51,308 nucleotides of DNA from a virus (taxonomy: Duplodnaviria; Caudoviricetes): positions 1 through 51,308 of the IMG/VR virus record IMGVR_UViG_3300006854_000010; one strand, written 5' to 3'. The translations under genes and the position numbers were made by a program. The notes below the pieces were generated by a model. The model ran no database searches. It was given only the letters and a program-made list of their open reading frames with translations, and was not told the origin of the DNA. Positions 46,730 to 51,308 of this stretch are shown piece by piece (position 1 is the stretch's first letter; each line of letters opens with the position of its first letter).

Positions 46730-46762
46730 AAAAAGCCCGCACCCGACATAGCCGGGGCGGGC
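46730..46762 (-). terminator. Intrinsic terminator after the capsid genes
   Basis: Minus strand GCCCGCCCCGG-CTATG-TCGGGTGCGGGC-TTTTT. Confidence 0.6.
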
Positions 46763-46785
46763 AAGCCCGTGAGGGCGAGAGGTAC

Positions 46786-47052
46786 TTACGCCAGAGTGGC
46801 GGCCGAGATGGTCACCGCGCCGGTTGACTGGGTAGCCGTGATGACTTGGTGGATCGTCGTCTCGATCGTGGCGGTCGTCTTGTTGACGATCACCACATCA
46901 CCAACACGCATGCCGTAGGTGTAGCCGTCACTGAAATAGCTGGCGCCCTCCACGGTTGCATGCGCGTCTGTGCTGCTGTAGACGAAGACACGAGGGCCGC
47001 CGCCAGAGCCGCCAGGCAGGCACTGGGCTGGGTTCGAAACTGAATAAGCCAT
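46786..47052 (-). CDS. Small capsid-associated/decoration protein
   Basis: YSSTD..ATV....YFSD....GMRVGDVV; downstream of the capsid gene. Confidence 0.6.
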   Translation of the reverse strand: MAYSVSNPAQCLPGGSGGGPRVFVYSSTDAHATVEGASYFSDGYTYGMRVGDVVIVNKTTATIETTIHQVITATQSTGAVTISAATLA

Positions 47053-47061
47053 GATTTGTTC

Positions 47062-47685
47062 CTAGATATGAAAACGGTTTGACTTCGACTGGTTCACAGC
47101 CGCTGGAATGACTTGCAGGTTGTGGTGCACGTGCAGCCCACTCACCTTCCTGCCGCGCAACGGGACCTCGTGGTCCACATGCACGTCGTGGCCGAAATCG
47201 CGGTAGATCGCAGCCAGCGCATACATGGCCTCGATAGCATCGTGATCGGCCCAGGGCGGCGTTTGCTTCAGCAGGGCGGCGCGGCGCTTCGCAGCGTACG
47301 CATTGGCAATGCCTGGGTTGTTGGTGAGGAAGCGCTGCTTCGTGGCCGCGTCCTTCTCCGGGTTAGCGGCATGCCAGGCTCGTGACCTGGCCGAAGCATG
47401 CTCGGCGTTTGCCTCATACCACTGCAGACTGGCTGCATTGGCTTGATCGCGGTTCGCCGCGTACCAGCGTCGTTGGTTTTCAATGCCAACGGTACGCCGG
47501 TACTCACGCTGCTGATCGGCGTTGCGCTGCTTCCATGAAGTGGCATGAGAAAGCTTACATTGAACGCATCCATGATCGAGCACAAGCCTTTCAGCAATAT
47601 GCCCGTTCTTGCATGGCTTGCCGGTGAAATACCGTTTCATCCCTGCCGCGATTGCCGCTGCGCGTTCTTTGCCAGTCTTCTTCAT
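47062..47685 (-). CDS. HNH homing endonuclease
   Basis: RYFTGKPCKNGH...CVQC; TPPWAD; HVDHEVPLRG..VSGLHVHHNLQVIPA..N.SKSN. Confidence 0.88.
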   Translation of the reverse strand: MKKTGKERAAAIAAGMKRYFTGKPCKNGHIAERLVLDHGCVQCKLSHATSWKQRNADQQREYRRTVGIENQRRWYAANRDQANAASLQWYEANAEHASARSRAWHAANPEKDAATKQRFLTNNPGIANAYAAKRRAALLKQTPPWADHDAIEAMYALAAIYRDFGHDVHVDHEVPLRGRKVSGLHVHHNLQVIPAAVNQSKSNRFHI

Positions 47686-47697
47686 GTCAGTTAGCGC

Positions 47698-48543
47698 TTA
47701 CAGCGCAAAGCCCGTATCATCGTGTAACAGGCGAATAATTCCGCTGTTCTGCAGCAGTTTCGCGCCACCCATGAGCGACGACAGCGACCATGAGCGCCGT
47801 TGTTCGGCGTTGTAGCCGGCGGTGTGCTCGGTGGACGAGTCGTTGATGCCGTAGCCGATGGCCTTCTGCGAGAAGACCAGGCACGTTGCCGACGAGGTCG
47901 TGATGCCTGGCAGGCCGGTGTGCACGATCCAGCGCGCGCCGTTCCAATCGAACATCTTGGTGAAGCCGTCGTCGGCGATGGTGCCGTCGCTGAAGCGCGA
48001 GATATCCACATAGTCTTTGCTGGACACCTGCTCTTGCTGCACCAGGTAGGCCCAGGCCGCCGGGGTGATCACGCCAGTGATCATGCCGCCGCCAGCATCG
48101 CCGTTCATCAGGTTGACCATCGCCTTGAGGGCATAGTCCACCGTCATCGTACCGGCCGCAGAAGACACCAGCGTACCTGCCACGGCAGCAGTGATGATCT
48201 GCGAATCGATCTTGCGGTTGATCCGGGCGACAACATCCTCCGACATGGCCCGGCGCTGGTCGCCCTGGCATGCTTTGATGTTGAAGTCGTTCTTGGCCAG
48301 GCCCGCGTGCCACTGCTCCATCGTGAGCGTGACTTGCGACTGGTTGGTTTGTTCGTAGACGATGTCGCCAGTGGTGCCGCGGGTGCTGGCATCAGAGGTG
48401 CGGTCGCCGAACAGGTCGAACACGAACTGATAGCCCTTGGCCATCCCCTTCGTGAACACGCGGTCTTTCAGGAAGGACTTGGACCGCATGAAAACCATCG
48501 TGGTTTCCTGCGAGTACAGTACCTCGAATGCATCTACTGCCAT
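47698..48543 (-). CDS. Major capsid protein
   Basis: Follows the scaffold; AFEVLYSQE, INRKIDSQII, GAKLLQNSGI patterns; GGAG RBS; 281 aa. Confidence 0.8.
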   Translation of the reverse strand: MAVDAFEVLYSQETTMVFMRSKSFLKDRVFTKGMAKGYQFVFDLFGDRTSDASTRGTTGDIVYEQTNQSQVTLTMEQWHAGLAKNDFNIKACQGDQRRAMSEDVVARINRKIDSQIITAAVAGTLVSSAAGTMTVDYALKAMVNLMNGDAGGGMITGVITPAAWAYLVQQEQVSSKDYVDISRFSDGTIADDGFTKMFDWNGARWIVHTGLPGITTSSATCLVFSQKAIGYGINDSSTEHTAGYNAEQRRSWSLSSLMGGAKLLQNSGIIRLLHDDTGFAL

Positions 48544-48708
48544 GGTGGCATTCTCCAAAGGTTGAGGTTTTGGCCTCGCTCCGGGGTGTCCACCAGCAGG
48601 GTTGCCAGGGTGCCCTTGTCGGGTCTGGCTAGCCGAGGTTGGGGCCTCGCTACGGCATCAATGTTTCCATTGATTGGCGCAGTCTATCAGAACTGCGCCA
48701 ATGATCAA

Positions 48709-49671
48709 TTACTTGCCAGCTTGGCGCGCCTTCGCTACCGCAAGCTGCTGGTAACGCTCTTGCGCCTTGGTGTCCTTGTAATACCCGTTCGGGTCGTCGA
48801 GCATGCGCTTCTCGATTGCCGCCATCTCTGCCGTGAGCGATGCGCCGCCGTCTGTGCCATATGTCAGGGTCTGCCCGACATAGCCAGTTTCGCGCGCATG
48901 TTGGGCCAGCCACCGCACGATTGGCGCCTTGGCCAGTAGTTTGATGCCGTCAGCGCCCGCCGCCGACATGAAGGCATTGGCCACGTCATCGCCGGCCGCC
49001 GCGAGCATAGCCTTGATGCCGCCCACGTTACCCTCGAAGTCCCGCGGTCCCCACTCTTCGGTGAGTTCGATCTTGGCCGCCCTGGCGGTTTCTTGGTTGG
49101 CTGTCACGATGGCGGCAACCTCTTCTTCGCGCATCGCCATGTACGACTTGACCGCGGCATTGACCAGCGCGGGAGGGGCATGCTCCTTGTGCATCGACTG
49201 CAGGAAGCCGGCAACAAGGTTGCGGTCCTCTTCACCCATCACGACGCCATCGCCGAGGTCGAGCTTGTAGTCCTCAGGCTTCTGCGGGATGCCATTCTCG
49301 TCGCGCCACTCCTTCACCTGGGCCTCGGTGGCATCCTTCGCCAGCGGCGTCTTTAGCGATCCGCTGCTAATCTTGACGTTGGCCGCGCGCAGAGCCTTGA
49401 TGACCTCCTTGGGGCTGTTGTACCGAGCCGCCAGCTTGGTCATTGCCTCGTATTCTTTGCGGGCCTCGTCGGCCGCATCGGCAGGCAGCTCGCCGAGCAC
49501 TTCCAGGCGCCAATCCTTCGGCTCAGGTGGAGGCACTGGCGCGGCCGGGGCTGGGGCCGGGCTTGGTGCCGGGCCAGGAGCTGGCGCAGGGGCAGGGGTT
49601 GGGGCAGGGGCTGGGGCTGGGCTGGGCGCGGCCGGCGCGGGGGTCATGTCGACGACGGTTTCTTCAGGCAT
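48709..49671 (-). CDS. Capsid scaffolding protein
   Basis: N-terminal Pro-Ala repeat, GIPQKPEDY, L.EEWG..F; lies between portal and capsid. Confidence 0.8.
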   Translation of the reverse strand: MPEETVVDMTPAPAAPSPAPAPAPTPAPAPAPGPAPSPAPAPAAPVPPPEPKDWRLEVLGELPADAADEARKEYEAMTKLAARYNSPKEVIKALRAANVKISSGSLKTPLAKDATEAQVKEWRDENGIPQKPEDYKLDLGDGVVMGEEDRNLVAGFLQSMHKEHAPPALVNAAVKSYMAMREEEVAAIVTANQETARAAKIELTEEWGPRDFEGNVGGIKAMLAAAGDDVANAFMSAAGADGIKLLAKAPIVRWLAQHARETGYVGQTLTYGTDGGASLTAEMAAIEKRMLDDPNGYYKDTKAQERYQQLAVAKARQAGK

Positions 49672-49674
49672 GTG

Positions 49675-49959
49675 TTACCTCTCTGTGATCGCGGACTGCG
49701 CCGCTGTGAAAAACTGGATCCCGATCCAGCGCTTGCCGCCGGCAAAGGCGTGCAGTTGCGGATCCGTGCGGAACTCAAGCTCCTTGAAGGCGGTAGCCTT
49801 GATGAGCCACTCCACCACTCGGCGCTGATCCTCTGCAGTGGCCTTGCACGCGACCAGGTTGCGCATGGCCTGCAGATCGGCACCATCAACCTCGACGGCC
49901 TCAAGCGGGTCAGTCTGCTTCGCCCGGCCGACGAATGTCGCCCCAAGTGCGCCACTCAT
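49675..49959 (-). CDS. Small head-module protein (Bbp19-like)
   Basis: QRRVVEWL...AFAGGKRWIG motif between portal and scaffold. Confidence 0.65.
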   Translation of the reverse strand: MSGALGATFVGRAKQTDPLEAVEVDGADLQAMRNLVACKATAEDQRRVVEWLIKATAFKELEFRTDPQLHAFAGGKRWIGIQFFTAAQSAITER

Positions 49960-51308
49960 GCTTTGACCAAGTTGGCAACGGTCTGCGATGCCATCTGCGC
50001 ATCCTGCAGCGCCGCTTGTTGCTGCGCCTGGTCGTCCTGTGCCTTCTCGGCGGCCTCGATGGCCTCTGGTTTGCGCAGCCAAGCCATCGGGAAGCGCTTG
50101 CCGATCAGGGCATCGCGGAGCGCCGGCTTGATGTCGATCACCAGCGGGGCATTCGGATCCATCGCGGAGGCGCGCTGCGCCAGCTCGATACCCTGAGCCA
50201 GCATCTCAGACTTGGCGCTATCCTGAGCCTCACGAATCGGGTTGCGGAAGCGGAACTGCACATCGGCGCCCCGGAGCGAGTCCGGCATCTGCTCAGGCGG
50301 GCCAAACGCGCCCTCCTGTAGCAGCACCTCAAAAGTACGCTCTTCCACGCCACCAGAGTATTCATCCTCCACCGGAGAGAATAGGTCGCTCACGTTGCGG
50401 ATGTACTCCTGCACACGTTGGGCGAACTCGTAGGCCGTTGTCTGCGTACCATCTCGCACCGGTAGGCGCAACTTGTCCAGGTAGAACGCCATCCGAATCA
50501 GGTTTTCGCAGTTGGCCTGCATCTGCAAACCTATCGGCAGCCCCGACTTGTCGATCTGGATGGCCTCCAGGGCGCTGTGCTTGCCGTCATATGCCGCCGT
50601 GCGCCATGTCACGCCGCCAGCGTAGAGGTTCAGGTCGCCGCGTACCACGTCTTCAATGGCCAGCGTCGGCGGGTTGGCCGCCTTCTCTGCGGCTGTCAGC
50701 ATGGTCAACACCATGGCCTGCAGCAAGCGCGACTCAGGAAGTGCGCATTCAACCGCGGGACTCAAGGCGTACTGGCATCCCTTCACCCGGCGCCAGCGCG
50801 GCAAAACATATTCCATGGAGCGAGCCCCGACGCACTCCAGCTCGCTGCAGTCGCTCTTTACAACGTGGATCGACACATACTTCGTCCGAAACTTTGTCTC
50901 GGCGTACATGTCGGTTGGCACAACCATGTGAATGCATTCGATGCGCTCCATGCGCCCGCGCTTCTCGCGCCACTTCGATTGCAGGCTGAGGCTCAGTTTC
51001 TCCAGGCCGAACTTCTCAACCAACTGCTGCAAGCGCGGGCTCCAGCGGCGGAACACCATGTTCGGCCGACCGTTGATCCCGTCCGTCCACACCACATCCC
51101 GCATGTGCCAGCCCTGGTACAGCAGCCCCGAGCGGTCCGGCATCGCGTTCACGGAGATGGCAGCGTTGCCGATCAGGCTGATATCGCGGTCCGCCTCTTT
51201 CATCACGGCGCCGAACTGCGCTGGCCGGTGCATCTTGGCGCGGTGCTGCACGCCGCTCGCCCACTGCAGCCAGGCCAGCCCGTCATGGTCCTTGAGACCC
51301 TCGACGTA
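49956..51308 (-). CDS. Portal (T7-like head-tail connector) protein, C-terminal part
   Basis: PRWRRVKGCQYALSPA, KAANPP and TAYEFAQRVQE resemble podovirus portal motifs; lies between terL and scaffold. Confidence 0.85.
   Translation of the reverse strand, partial: YVEGLKDHDGLAWLQWASGVQHRAKMHRPAQFGAVMKEADRDISLIGNAAISVNAMPDRSGLLYQGWHMRDVVWTDGINGRPNMVFRRWSPRLQQLVEKFGLEKLSLSLQSKWREKRGRMERIECIHMVVPTDMYAETKFRTKYVSIHVVKSDCSELECVGARSMEYVLPRWRRVKGCQYALSPAVECALPESRLLQAMVLTMLTAAEKAANPPTLAIEDVVRGDLNLYAGGVTWRTAAYDGKHSALEAIQIDKSGLPIGLQMQANCENLIRMAFYLDKLRLPVRDGTQTTAYEFAQRVQEYIRNVSDLFSPVEDEYSGGVEERTFEVLLQEGAFGPPEQMPDSLRGADVQFRFRNPIREAQDSAKSEMLAQGIELAQRASAMDPNAPLVIDIKPALRDALIGKRFPMAWLRKPEAIEAAEKAQDDQAQQQAALQDAQMASQTVANLVKA
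51229..51308 (+). repeat. Terminal direct repeat (circular assembly overlap), copy 2
   Basis: Identical to 1-80; the portal ORF reads through the join in frame. Confidence 0.97.

Noticed and set aside
49545-49645. GGGGC-rich tandem repeats as a regulatory element
   Set aside because: Explained by the Pro-Ala linker at the scaffold N-terminus.
33823-49828. Numerous long plus-strand ORFs opposite the structural genes
   Set aside because: Shadow ORFs expected from GC3-biased coding on the minus strand.

Overview
The window looks like a complete, circularly permuted genome of a GC-rich short-tailed (podovirus-type) dsDNA phage. Bases 1-80 repeat exactly at 51229-51308, giving a unit length of about 51,228 bp, and the portal gene runs across the join. 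The minus strand carries a T7/BPP-1-like virion module: terS, terL, portal, scaffold, capsid, tail tube A/B, internal virion proteins including a 2236-aa polyvalent protein, and a beta-helix tailspike. A lysis region follows with holin-like genes and overlapping spanins but no recognisable endolysin. The early/middle region is lambdoid-like: ERF, YqaJ-like exonuclease, RusA-like nuclease, MT-A70 methyltransferase, PAPS-reductase-like protein, HAD phosphatase, H-NS, bL12-like protein, pentapeptide repeat protein, HNH genes, and a tRNA-Thr with two tRNA-like elements. I saw no integrase, CI repressor, DNA or RNA polymerase, helicase or primase. A betaproteobacterial host is inferred from the H-NS type and GC content. 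Three unexplained features stand out: (1) an unannotated 45-aa peptide with two GGGGSG repeats, translationally coupled to a multi-pass membrane protein directly ahead of the holin; (2) a ~620-nt structured non-coding region with its own promoter and a G6-TTA-G6 tract, upstream of a replication-initiator-like protein lacking a recognisable DNA-binding domain, which may be an RNA-primed origin; (3) a GATAG-N7-CAATC box repeated at fixed spacing before six promoter-like sites. All product calls rest on motifs recognised by eye; no searches were run.
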